Assembly: GCA_002239025.1 (NCBI GenBank)
Contig: MPNM01000003.1
Span: 142,047 to 206,046, forward strand
Length of the DNA stretch: 64,000 bases
DNA from: Chloroflexi bacterium bin125
Lineage (GTDB): Bacteria > Chloroflexota > Dehalococcoidia > Bin125
Direction of reading: 5' to 3'
Positions within the stretch are counted from its first letter, which is position 1, and the number at the start of each line of letters is the position of its first letter. The notes beneath the pieces were generated by a model. It saw only the letters and a program-made list of their open reading frames with translations, ran no database searches and was not told where the DNA came from. The translations under genes were made by a program, and so were the position numbers. This document shows positions 19,907 to 29,332 of the stretch, piece after piece.

Positions 19907-20020
19907 GAAAAAAGAGCTCCCCCTTTGGGGGAGCTGGCCCGCAGGGTCTGAGGGGGCTCCCGGCGACAAGCACTGTTCGTCGAGCCAGCCCCCTCGCCCG
20001 CTGCGCGGGAGCTCCCCCAA
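19907..20020. repeat. Two inverted family-1 variant units (gagctccccctttgggggagctgg... / ...gggagctcccccaaaggggagc)
   Basis: They lie in the intergenic region between the amidohydrolase-2 and 2-HADH genes. The palindromic arms ctccccc/ggggag are present. Confidence 0.75.
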
Positions 20021-20084
20021 AGGGGAGCCCATTGGATCTGTCCTACCATTCACCCAGCCACTCCAACCAACGAAAGACCCAACC

Positions 20085-21044
20085 ATGCCGACCATCGTCC
20101 AGGCCGTACCGATTGAAGACGAACTCCACGACATGCTCGCTGCCGCCGGCGATGTCCGCGTCGTCGACGGTCGCGACCGCGGCGCGTTCATCGAAGCCGT
20201 CAAGGATGCCGATGGCGTGCTGCTCAACCCGCTCGTCAAGATTGACCAGCAGGTCGTGGACCTCGCGCCAAACTTGAAGGTCGTCGCAACCACCTCAGTC
20301 GGCTTCGACGCCTTCGACGTGCCCTTCCTGACCAGTAACGGCATCGCCCTCTGCAACACGCCTGGCGTGCTCAGCGCTGCCGTCGCTGACTTGACCATGG
20401 CTTTCCTGCTCATGCTCTCGCGACACCTGATGGAGTTCGAGGCCTACAACCGCTCCGGCGGTTGGGGACGGCGCGAGCCCTATCCCGCGCTTGCCAACGA
20501 CCCGCTCGGCAAGACGATTGGGATCGTCGGCTTCGGACGCATCGGCCAGGAGGTCGCCCGACGCGCAAACTTCGCCGGGATGAAGGTGATCTGGTACGAC
20601 ATCTACGACAACCCGCCCGCAGACGCGCCGCCGGCTGAGAAGCGAACCCTTGACGAGCTGCTGGCGGAGTCCGACTTCGTCAGCGTTCACACCGACCTCA
20701 ACCAGTCCTCGCGACACATGATCGGTGCACGCGAGATCGCTCTGATGAAGCCGAGCGCTTACCTGATCAACACCTCGCGAGGCCCAGCCGTTGACCAGAA
20801 GGCGCTACACGACGCGCTCGTCGCCAACCAGATCGCCGGCGCCGGTCTCGACGTGCTCGAAGACGAGCCGCCCGACCCAGACGAGCCCATCGTCAAGCTG
20901 CCCAACGTAATCAGCTTCCCCCACATCGGCACCGCCACCGAGGAAACCCGCTACGCCATGAGAGCCCTGGCGACGCGGAACGTGGTCAACGTGATTCAGG
21001 GAAATCGACCCGAGGCCATCGTCAATCCTGAGGTGTTGGGGTAG
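20085..21044 (+). CDS. D-isomer-specific 2-hydroxyacid dehydrogenase (second paralog; glyoxylate/hydroxypyruvate reductase-like)
   Basis: The product has GIVGFGRIGQEVARRA and a catalytic R...E...H triad region, and is similar to the 665..1627 product. Confidence 0.85.
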   Translation: MPTIVQAVPIEDELHDMLAAAGDVRVVDGRDRGAFIEAVKDADGVLLNPLVKIDQQVVDLAPNLKVVATTSVGFDAFDVPFLTSNGIALCNTPGVLSAAVADLTMAFLLMLSRHLMEFEAYNRSGGWGRREPYPALANDPLGKTIGIVGFGRIGQEVARRANFAGMKVIWYDIYDNPPADAPPAEKRTLDELLAESDFVSVHTDLNQSSRHMIGAREIALMKPSAYLINTSRGPAVDQKALHDALVANQIAGAGLDVLEDEPPDPDEPIVKLPNVISFPHIGTATEETRYAMRALATRNVVNVIQGNRPEAIVNPEVLG

Positions 21045-21079
21045 CAACGATGCGTGAGCATTGAGCTCTCCGCCCTTTT

Positions 21080-21232
21080 GCTCCCCCTCGCAGGGGGAGC
21101 TCCCGCGAAGCGGGTGAGGGGGTCTCTCCGCTGCGACCGCTGAGCCAAGGCAGAGCGGTATCGCTGATCGCGACCGCTGAGCGGACCCCCTCCGTCATTT
21201 CGTGACACCTCCCCCTGCCAGGGGGAGGAAAG
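21080..21232. repeat. Composite repeat cluster combining family-1-like hairpins, a direct repeat (gcgaccgctgagc x2) and a family-2-like ctccgtcatttcg segment
   Basis: ttgctccccctcgcagggggagctcccgcgaagcgggtgagggggtc ... cctccgtcatttcgtgacacctccccctgccagggggagg. Confidence 0.7.
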
Positions 21233-21328
21233 TCAGGCCGCGCCCTGGGTACGCGCTTGTCAAGTGTCTGGCGAACACCGCTATCCTCAATCCCGTACCA
21301 CCCCACACTCGATAGATCGGACTGAACC

Positions 21329-22579
21329 ATGTCCTGGCGACCTAAGCGCATGAAATTTGGACTCTTCCTCGCTCCCTTCCACAGCGTTGGCGAGCACCCC
21401 ACGCTCGCGCTCCAGCGCGACGTTGAATTGATCGAGCACCTCGACGACCTCGGCTACGACGAAGCCTGGATCGGCGAGCACCACTCGTTTGCCCGCGAGA
21501 TCATCTCTAACCCGATGATCTTCATCGCCGCGCTGGCCGAGCGGACCAAGCACATCAAGCTGGGCACCGGCGTCGTCTCGCTGCCCTACCACAACCCCTT
21601 GATGATCGCCGACGACCTGCTCCAACTCGACCACATGACGCGCGGTCGCGTGATGCTCGGCGTTGGTCCCGGCGCACTCACCTCAGACGCGGTGCAGATG
21701 GGCATCGAGCCAACCACCCAGCGCAAGCGCATGGCCGAGGCCTTCGACGCCATCGTCCAACTTGCCCGCGACGAAGAGCCGGTCTCGATGGAGACGGACT
21801 GGTTCTCGTTGACCGAAGCGCGGCTGCAGATGGCCTGGTACTCCGACCCGCATCCCGAGCTGGCCGTCGCCGTGATCCTGACGCCGTCCGGACCGCAGCT
21901 CGCCGGCAAGCACGGTGCGAGCCTGCTCTCCGTCGCCGGAGCCGACTCCGAGGGCATGAAGAACGTCTGGGATTGGTACGAAGAGGCGGCAACCGAGAAC
22001 GGCCACAAAGTCTCGCGCAAGAACTGGCGGGTCGTGACGGCGATTCACATCGCCGAGACCCGAGCCCAGGCAATCGACGATGTCCGCGCCGGATTCCTCA
22101 AGCGCGCTTACGTCGGCGATGTTCGAGATCCCGGCCGCCGAGGCGGCATCGCGCTGCAGATGGCCGACACCATTGAAGAAGCGATCGACAAGAACATGGT
22201 CATCGTCGGTTCCCCCGAGGACGCCGTCGACCAGATCGAGGCGATGCATGATCGCTCCGGCGGCATTGGCGGACTACTCGGCATGCACCACGAGTGGGCC
22301 TCGACCGACGCCACAAAGCGCAGCTTCGAATTGCTGATGCGCTACGTCGCGCCGAAGTACCAGGGTCAGCTCGACCGGCTCGTCGCCTCGCGCGACTTCG
22401 TCGAAGACCGTCAGCTCGATATCTTCGGCGCCGGTCAGAAGGCGATGGCCAAGGCTTTCTCTGACGCCGGCAAGGAACTGCCCGAGGCCTTCAAACAAGC
22501 CGCAGCAGATCGAGCCGCGCTCTCGGCCAACGGCGCAGAAGCCCCAGCAGAAGCCGAGGCAGAGCCGGTCGCCGACTAG
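21329..22579 (+). CDS. LLM-class (luciferase-like) flavin/F420-dependent oxidoreductase
   Basis: The N-terminus MKFGLFLAPFHSVGEHPTLALQRDVELIEHLDDLGYDEAWIGEHH is typical of LLM TIM-barrel monooxygenases or reductases. Confidence 0.8.
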   Translation: MSWRPKRMKFGLFLAPFHSVGEHPTLALQRDVELIEHLDDLGYDEAWIGEHHSFAREIISNPMIFIAALAERTKHIKLGTGVVSLPYHNPLMIADDLLQLDHMTRGRVMLGVGPGALTSDAVQMGIEPTTQRKRMAEAFDAIVQLARDEEPVSMETDWFSLTEARLQMAWYSDPHPELAVAVILTPSGPQLAGKHGASLLSVAGADSEGMKNVWDWYEEAATENGHKVSRKNWRVVTAIHIAETRAQAIDDVRAGFLKRAYVGDVRDPGRRGGIALQMADTIEEAIDKNMVIVGSPEDAVDQIEAMHDRSGGIGGLLGMHHEWASTDATKRSFELLMRYVAPKYQGQLDRLVASRDFVEDRQLDIFGAGQKAMAKAFSDAGKELPEAFKQAAADRAALSANGAEAPAEAEAEPVAD

Positions 22580-22604
22580 GCGCTCCACTAGCGCCAGCCC
22601 TTTC

Positions 22605-22646
22605 CCTTCTGTCCCTTCTCCCTCTGGGAGATGATTAGGGTGAGGG
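22605..22646. repeat. Family-3 repeat (CCCTTCTCCCTCTGGGAGA-tgaTTAGGGTGAGGGC) immediately after the LLM gene stop
   Basis: It matches the copies at 30778, 58336 and 62946. Confidence 0.75.
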
Positions 22647-22678
22647 CCGACCGTCCGAGCGAGCAAACTGGAACTGCA

Positions 22679-23344
22679 ATGCAAGCCGTCGTCGCGCTCG
22701 CGGGCGAAGTCCACGATTCTCCCCTCGTCCGCAGCGCCCTTAACGGCGCAGGACTGATTGTCGCCGCCGACAGCGGCGCAAACCGTCTGCGACAACTCGG
22801 CATTCTGCCGCACGTCGTGATCGGTGATCTCGACTCCCTGGCCGGCGAAGATCTCTTCCACCTCAAGTCCGTCGGCGTTGAATTCGAGCCGCATCCCGAC
22901 CCGGAGCAACGCACCGACGGCGACGTCGCCATCGAGTACGCACTCAGACGAGGCGCAACCAGCATCATCATCGTCGGCCTCTTCGGAGGCCCGCGCTACG
23001 ATCACGCGGTCGCCAACCTCTACCTGCTCACGCACCCAAGTCTCAGGCAAACTCCCACCTGGACCGTCGACGGTTGGACTGCATTCACCGTCCTTAACGG
23101 AGACGGCGTATCCCAAGCCCAGTTCCAGGGCCAAATCGGCGACTACGTGACAATCACAGCTGTCAGCGAGACAGTGGAAGGGATCACGACCGTCGGACTC
23201 AAATGGCCGCTCTCAAACGCAACGTTCACGCGAGGGCTAAACGAAGGCACCTCAAATGAACTGATCAACGATCAAGCCATGATCCAGATCACCGGTGGCA
23301 CCGCCTTTGCCTCACACCATTTTCGCTCTGAACACTTGCCCTGA
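22679..23344 (+). CDS. Thiamine pyrophosphokinase (TPK)
   Basis: The start was chosen at M17 of the track ORF because the upstream 48 nt lie inside a family-3 repeat. Catalytic motifs LIVAADSGAN and VIGDLDS match TPK ADGG/GDFDS, and the length of about 220 aa is typical. Confidence 0.6.
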   Translation: MQAVVALAGEVHDSPLVRSALNGAGLIVAADSGANRLRQLGILPHVVIGDLDSLAGEDLFHLKSVGVEFEPHPDPEQRTDGDVAIEYALRRGATSIIIVGLFGGPRYDHAVANLYLLTHPSLRQTPTWTVDGWTAFTVLNGDGVSQAQFQGQIGDYVTITAVSETVEGITTVGLKWPLSNATFTRGLNEGTSNELINDQAMIQITGGTAFASHHFRSEHLP

Positions 23345-23446
23345 GTCTGGGTCCAAGACGCAGGCACAACTCTCGTCATTCCTGCGCTCCGTCGCGGGAA
23401 TCTCGCCGCTGCCAGCACCTACGCCGTCCTTGCTCGAGCGGTTGTC

Positions 23447-24754
23447 CTACGGATTAAACACGTCCCGCTTGCCATTCCGACTCGACGAGGCCGCAAACGC
23501 AAAGATCCCGCGCGCCATCGACGAATCCTGCTCCGCTGCACGCGCGTCGTAAATCTCCGAGCGCAACTCATGCACATCTGGACTATTCGGAGCAGCCAAG
23601 GCTGCGCCCTCGATCAAATGACATGCCATCTGCAGGTTGCCGTTCTGCATGTGAGCCCGCGCCCGCTCCATCACCGGCTCCAGACCTCCGGCCAGCGTCA
23701 CCCATTCCGCCGCCTCTGCCGAGCGCGGCGCAGGCAGCAGCCGATCCGGCTCGCCCTCGTACCAGCCGCCGAAGTAGCGCCAGACACTGTGCACGATGAA
23801 CTCGGGATGGTCGTAGGCCGAACGCAGCCACGGCTTCTCCAACAGATGCTGCGGCATCTCAATCGAGTGCAGCACACGATCTAGCGTGTAACCCTCATTC
23901 ATCAGCGCCAGCGTCTGACTCTCGACCTCATCCAGCAAGTCGGCGGTGTCGGTCAGCGCCTCGGCGACCCGGTCGGCGCCGAAAATCGGGAAGCCGTGAC
24001 CCGGACTCATCACTTCTGCGCCCTTCGCTGCCATTTGCCGCAGCCCGGTCGCCCACTCACCGGCCCAGCGCTGCACCTTCTGCGGATTGCCTGCGTTCGG
24101 CACGGCCCAGATGAAGAGGTCGCCAGGGAACAGCCACTTCTTTTCCGGGATCCAGGTCCAGGCCGCATCCTCTGTCTCACCCCGCGTATGCGTGACCTCA
24201 AACGTCAGTTCACCAAACGAGAACCGCACCGCGTCGTCGAACGTCACGTCCGGATAGCGAAACTCATCCGGCCAAGGCAACCGCACCTGCGTCGCGTCCA
24301 TGCCCGGACGGATGAACTGCCGAGAATTGATCGCCGTGTTGTAGCCAACAGTCCGCTTGTATCGATCAAAGTGAGCCGGAATGTGCTGCTGTCCATAGAC
24401 CGTCGGACGCGCCTGCCCCTTGCTCGCCGCTTCCTCGTCGAACTTGTTCACGCCAAAGATGTGATCGACATGATGATGCGAGAACACCGCCGCTCGCAAC
24501 GGAGTATCGGGACGCCAATCGCGCACCGCCGAGAACAGCCCCTCAGCGTCCCGAGCCGTCCCCGTATCCAGCATCACCAGACCGTCGCCGGTGTCAATCG
24601 TGTTCATCGACGCCGCGGATTTGATGTAGAGGAAGTCGTCGCCAATCTCTTCCGGCTCACGGTTGTTCCAGGGTGAGGTCACCGGATGCGCCTCGGTGAT
24701 CGTGTCGATCTCGCCGCGCCATAGTCGATCGCAGTAGTCTCGGATATCTGGCAT
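23447..24754 (-). CDS. MBL-fold metallo-hydrolase with an alkyl-sulfatase-like dimerisation domain
   Basis: The product carries the metal-binding motif FSHHHVDHIFG. It is 435 aa and is a tandem paralog of the next gene. Confidence 0.7.
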   Translation of the reverse strand: MPDIRDYCDRLWRGEIDTITEAHPVTSPWNNREPEEIGDDFLYIKSAASMNTIDTGDGLVMLDTGTARDAEGLFSAVRDWRPDTPLRAAVFSHHHVDHIFGVNKFDEEAASKGQARPTVYGQQHIPAHFDRYKRTVGYNTAINSRQFIRPGMDATQVRLPWPDEFRYPDVTFDDAVRFSFGELTFEVTHTRGETEDAAWTWIPEKKWLFPGDLFIWAVPNAGNPQKVQRWAGEWATGLRQMAAKGAEVMSPGHGFPIFGADRVAEALTDTADLLDEVESQTLALMNEGYTLDRVLHSIEMPQHLLEKPWLRSAYDHPEFIVHSVWRYFGGWYEGEPDRLLPAPRSAEAAEWVTLAGGLEPVMERARAHMQNGNLQMACHLIEGAALAAPNSPDVHELRSEIYDARAAEQDSSMARGIFAFAASSSRNGKRDVFNP

Positions 24755-24886
24755 CTGGTTGCTCCTCAGCCACAGCCGCTGCGCAGGGAACGCAGGTCAC
24801 GGTCGTAAGATATGCGCCCGAGCGAGGTCTGAGTTGGGAATCTCAGACAAGCGCGCGATCTCGATTCGTCGGGTCTTGCAACTCCC

Positions 24887-26200
24887 CTATGGATTGAACA
24901 GATCTCGCTTGCCGTCACGGCTCGACATCGCCGCGAATGAGAAGATGCCCCGCGCCATCGAGGAATCCTGCGCCTCGGCGCGAGCGTCGTAGACCTGCGC
25001 ACGCAACGTGTGCACATCCGGACTACTCGGGGCGGCGAGCGCCGCGCCTTCGACCAGGTGACAAGCCAGCTCCAAGTCGCCGTTTTGAAGATGAGTTCTC
25101 GCACGATCAAGTACCCACCCGAGCCCTCCCGCGAGCGTCACCCACTCAGCCGCCTCCGCCGCACGCGGCGCAGGCAACAACCGATCCGGCTCGCCCTCGT
25201 ACCAGCCTCCATAGAGTCGCCAAACGTTGTGGACGATGAACTCTGGACGGTCAAACGCCGACTTCAGCCACGGCTTATCGGTCAAGCGCTTCGGAATCTC
25301 GACGGTCTGCAATACCCGATCCAGGGTGTAACCCTCGTTCATCAGCGCCAACGTGTGACTCTCGATGTGTTCCAGGAGGTCGGCCGTGTCGGTCAGTGCT
25401 TCAGCGATCCGGTCAGCTCCGAAGATCGGCAATCCATGGCCTGGAACCATCAGCTCCGCGCCCTTGCCTGCCATCTGCCGCAGTCCAGCTGCCCACTCGC
25501 CCGGCCAGCGTTGAACCTTCTGCGGATTGCCGGCGTTGGGAACGGCCCAGATGAACAGATCCCCAGGAAACAGCCACTTACGCTCGGGAATCCAGACCCA
25601 GACCGCGTCCTCGGTCTCGCCGCGAGTGTTAGACAGTTCTAGCGTCATATCTCCTACAGAGACACGCAGCTTGTTGTCGAACGTCACATCGGGATAGCGA
25701 AACTCATTCGGCCAGAAGACTTGGCCCGATTCGGCGCTCATTCCCGGCCTGGCGCGCTGACGTGAATTGATCGCCCGGTTGTAACCCCAGGTGCGTCGAT
25801 AGCGATCAAAGTGACCCGGCATGGAGCGGTGCCCATACACCGTCGGCAGGGAGCGTCCCTTCGCGGCCGCCTCCTGCTCGAATGGCGCCATGCCAAAGAT
25901 GTGATCCGTGTGATGATGCGAAAACACAGCTGCTTGCAGCTCCGCCGATGGCCGCCAGTCCCTCACTCCTTCGTAGATGCGCTCGGTGTCATACTCCGTA
26001 CCGGTGTCCAGCATGACCAGTCCGTCGCCCGTATCGATCGTGCTCACCGACGCCACGGTTTTGTAGTACAGCAGTCCCTCTTCGATCTCCTCAGCCTCGC
26101 CGTCGTTCCAAAATCCGATGATCGGATGCAGTTCACGGACGGTGTCGATCTCGCCACGCCACATCCGATCGCAGAATTCCCTGAGATCCGGCATCGGCAT
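24887..26200 (-). CDS. MBL-fold metallo-hydrolase, tandem paralog of 23447..24754
   Basis: About 60% identity to its neighbour is visible along the whole length (MPDLREFCDRMWRGEIDTV... versus MPDIRDYCDRLWRGEIDTI..., both ending ...ARGIF.FAA.SSR.GKRD.FNP). Confidence 0.7.
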   Translation of the reverse strand: MPMPDLREFCDRMWRGEIDTVRELHPIIGFWNDGEAEEIEEGLLYYKTVASVSTIDTGDGLVMLDTGTEYDTERIYEGVRDWRPSAELQAAVFSHHHTDHIFGMAPFEQEAAAKGRSLPTVYGHRSMPGHFDRYRRTWGYNRAINSRQRARPGMSAESGQVFWPNEFRYPDVTFDNKLRVSVGDMTLELSNTRGETEDAVWVWIPERKWLFPGDLFIWAVPNAGNPQKVQRWPGEWAAGLRQMAGKGAELMVPGHGLPIFGADRIAEALTDTADLLEHIESHTLALMNEGYTLDRVLQTVEIPKRLTDKPWLKSAFDRPEFIVHNVWRLYGGWYEGEPDRLLPAPRAAEAAEWVTLAGGLGWVLDRARTHLQNGDLELACHLVEGAALAAPSSPDVHTLRAQVYDARAEAQDSSMARGIFSFAAMSSRDGKRDLFNP

Positions 26201-26301
26201 CCCCCTCCGCGAGCTACGAAATTTCGGCTACCCGTGTCACCGTCGTAAGATTAGTTCGACATCACTCAAACCGCTCCACATCCTCCGGAAAGGAGTCTGC
26301 T

Positions 26302-26610
26302 ATGCCGATGTACGAATACAAGTGCCCCACCTGCACCTACGTCTTCGATATCCTGGCCAAGATGGGCCAGGCCCCAGAGTCACCCGACTGCCCAGCCTGC
26401 GACGACGGAGTCGGCGACCGCGTCTTCGGCGCCGGCGTTGCGATCCACACCGGCTCCGGCGGTTCTTCCTTCGACGACTTCGACATGGGAGCGATGGGAG
26501 ATATGGGCATGCCCGACATGGGCGGCATGGGCATGGGAGGCCACGGTCACGACCACGGCCACAGCCACGACGACTTCGGCATGGGCGACTTCGGCATGGA
26601 CGACTTCTAG
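26302..26610 (+). CDS. FmdB-family zinc-ribbon protein with a Met/His/Asp/Gly-rich C-terminal tail
   Basis: A strong RBS AAGGAG sits 6 nt upstream. The N-terminal MPMYEYKCPTC...CPAC is the FmdB putative-regulatory zinc ribbon. The tail reads GAMGDMGMPDMGGMGMGGHGHDHGHSHDDFGMGDFGMDDF. Confidence 0.7.
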   Translation: MPMYEYKCPTCTYVFDILAKMGQAPESPDCPACDDGVGDRVFGAGVAIHTGSGGSSFDDFDMGAMGDMGMPDMGGMGMGGHGHDHGHSHDDFGMGDFGMDDF

Positions 26611-26660
26611 CCCAACACCAACAGCGCTCCGACCTCTGGGGAGGCTGCTGCCGCTGCTTC

Positions 26661-26740
26661 ATCTCCCCCCGAGGGGGGAGATGCCGCCCTTTCCCCCTTT
26701 CTCCCCCCTCTGGGGGGAGATGCCGAAGGCAGAGGGGGGC
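26661..26740. repeat. Two tandem family-1 units between the FmdB and mini-S26 peptidase genes
   Basis: atctccccccgaggggggagatgccgccc, and the perfect core tctcccccctctggggggagatgccgaaggcagagggggg at about 26700..26739. Confidence 0.85.
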
Positions 26741-26785
26741 TCGCGCCTCGCAACAGAGCCCATCAAGACCCCTCTGACTAGAGCT

Positions 26786-27085
26786 ATGCTCTACTTCCTC
26801 CGACTCCAGGGCGACTCCATGTCTCCCACTCTGCAGGACGGTGATCGCCTCCTCGCACTCTCGACTAACTTGCTCTCCGTTGAACCTGGCCGCATTGTCG
26901 CCTTCCGCCGCAAGACCGACCTCTTCATCAAGCGAGCCCTCAGCCGCGAGGGGGATGGCTGGTACGTCGTCGGAGACAACCCAAGCCGCAGCACCGACAG
27001 CCGACGCTTCGGTGTTGTGCCAGACAACCAACTGCGAGCGGTCGCGGTGCTCAAGCTCCTGCCCATGCCCCGACTGCTGCTCTGA
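26786..27085 (+). CDS. Mini S26-family (signal-peptidase-I-like) serine peptidase without a membrane anchor
   Basis: The start was chosen at M117 of the track ORF; upstream codons are repeat-derived. Signal peptidase I boxes are present: GDSMSPTL (Ser), FIKRALSREGDGWY (Lys) and VVGDNPSRSTDSRRFG. At 99 aa it resembles the SodX-type maturation peptidases. Confidence 0.55.
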   Translation: MLYFLRLQGDSMSPTLQDGDRLLALSTNLLSVEPGRIVAFRRKTDLFIKRALSREGDGWYVVGDNPSRSTDSRRFGVVPDNQLRAVAVLKLLPMPRLLL

Positions 27086-27120
27086 GCGCCTCCGCAAGCA
27101 TGTCGTTGTAGCCGATTTAA

Positions 27121-28893
<1,773 letters not shown>

Positions 28894-28916
28894 GTCCAAC
28901 TAACGGCAACCAACAA

Positions 28917-28952
28917 ACGGGCCGCTCCCCAGGGAGCGGCCCGTTCTGTGTT
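28917..28952 (+). terminator. Intrinsic terminator downstream of groEL
   Basis: A GC-rich hairpin ACGGGCCGCTCC-ccag-GGAGCGGCCCGT is followed by TTCTGTGTT. Confidence 0.6.
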
Positions 28953-29073
28953 CCCTGATCCTCTGACCCCGTCGCGGAGACCCTTCAAAAGAGTCAAGTC
29001 CACGCGAGCAACTCCGTCATACCGGCGCTTTTCGCAGAGCCTGCCCCGGACTTGAGAGTGTGTCTCAAGAGTC

Positions 29074-29191
29074 AAATTTTCCAGTCCCCGCTTTACGCGG
29101 GGACCTGCTCCCTCCCTGTAGGGGACTCCACCACCAGATATCCCGTGTTGCCAGAGCGGGTCCCCGCGTAAAGCGGGGACTGGAATTTGAC
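29074..29191. mobile_element. Family-4 MITE-like element: inverted pair TCAAATTTTCCAGTCCCCGCTTTACGCGGGGAC ... GTCCCCGCGTAAAGCGGGGACTGGAATTTGACC flanking a core of about 50 bp
   Basis: The 33-nt TIRs are near-perfect. Single arms recur at 52337..52372 and 59736..59765. The element lies upstream of pyk. Confidence 0.7.
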
Positions 29192-29332
29192 CAACCAATG
29201 GGACTTCTGAAGCACCCTCTTGAACGGGGGTGTCTCGCCGATTCGAGCACAGACGTCCGTGCAGCACGCTGCAATGACGGAGTTAACCATTCCGCTATCG
29301 GCATAAGCTGAACAGAAGCCAAACTGATCGAT

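Noticed and set aside
22631-22678. The longest-ORF start of the thiamine pyrophosphokinase gene at 22631 was considered.
   Set aside because: ATG 22631 lies inside the family-3 repeat (ccctctgggagATGattagggtgagggc), and the added 16 residues are not TPK-like. I chose 22679, though with only a weak RBS, so the start remains uncertain.
26438-26785. A long N-terminal extension of the S26 peptidase ORF (track ORF 26438..27085) was examined.
   Set aside because: The extension overlaps the FmdB gene in another frame and runs through two family-1 repeats (peptide ..PPRGEMPPFPPFSPLWGEMPKAEGG..). The conserved peptidase begins at the internal ATG at 26786.
26786-27085. The mini S26 peptidase was considered as a nickel-SOD maturation protease (SodX).
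   Set aside because: No sodN-like gene (His-Cys-x-x-Pro-Cys N-terminus) is present in any frame nearby. I therefore kept only the generic mini-S26 peptidase call and moved the SodX idea to a speculative finding.
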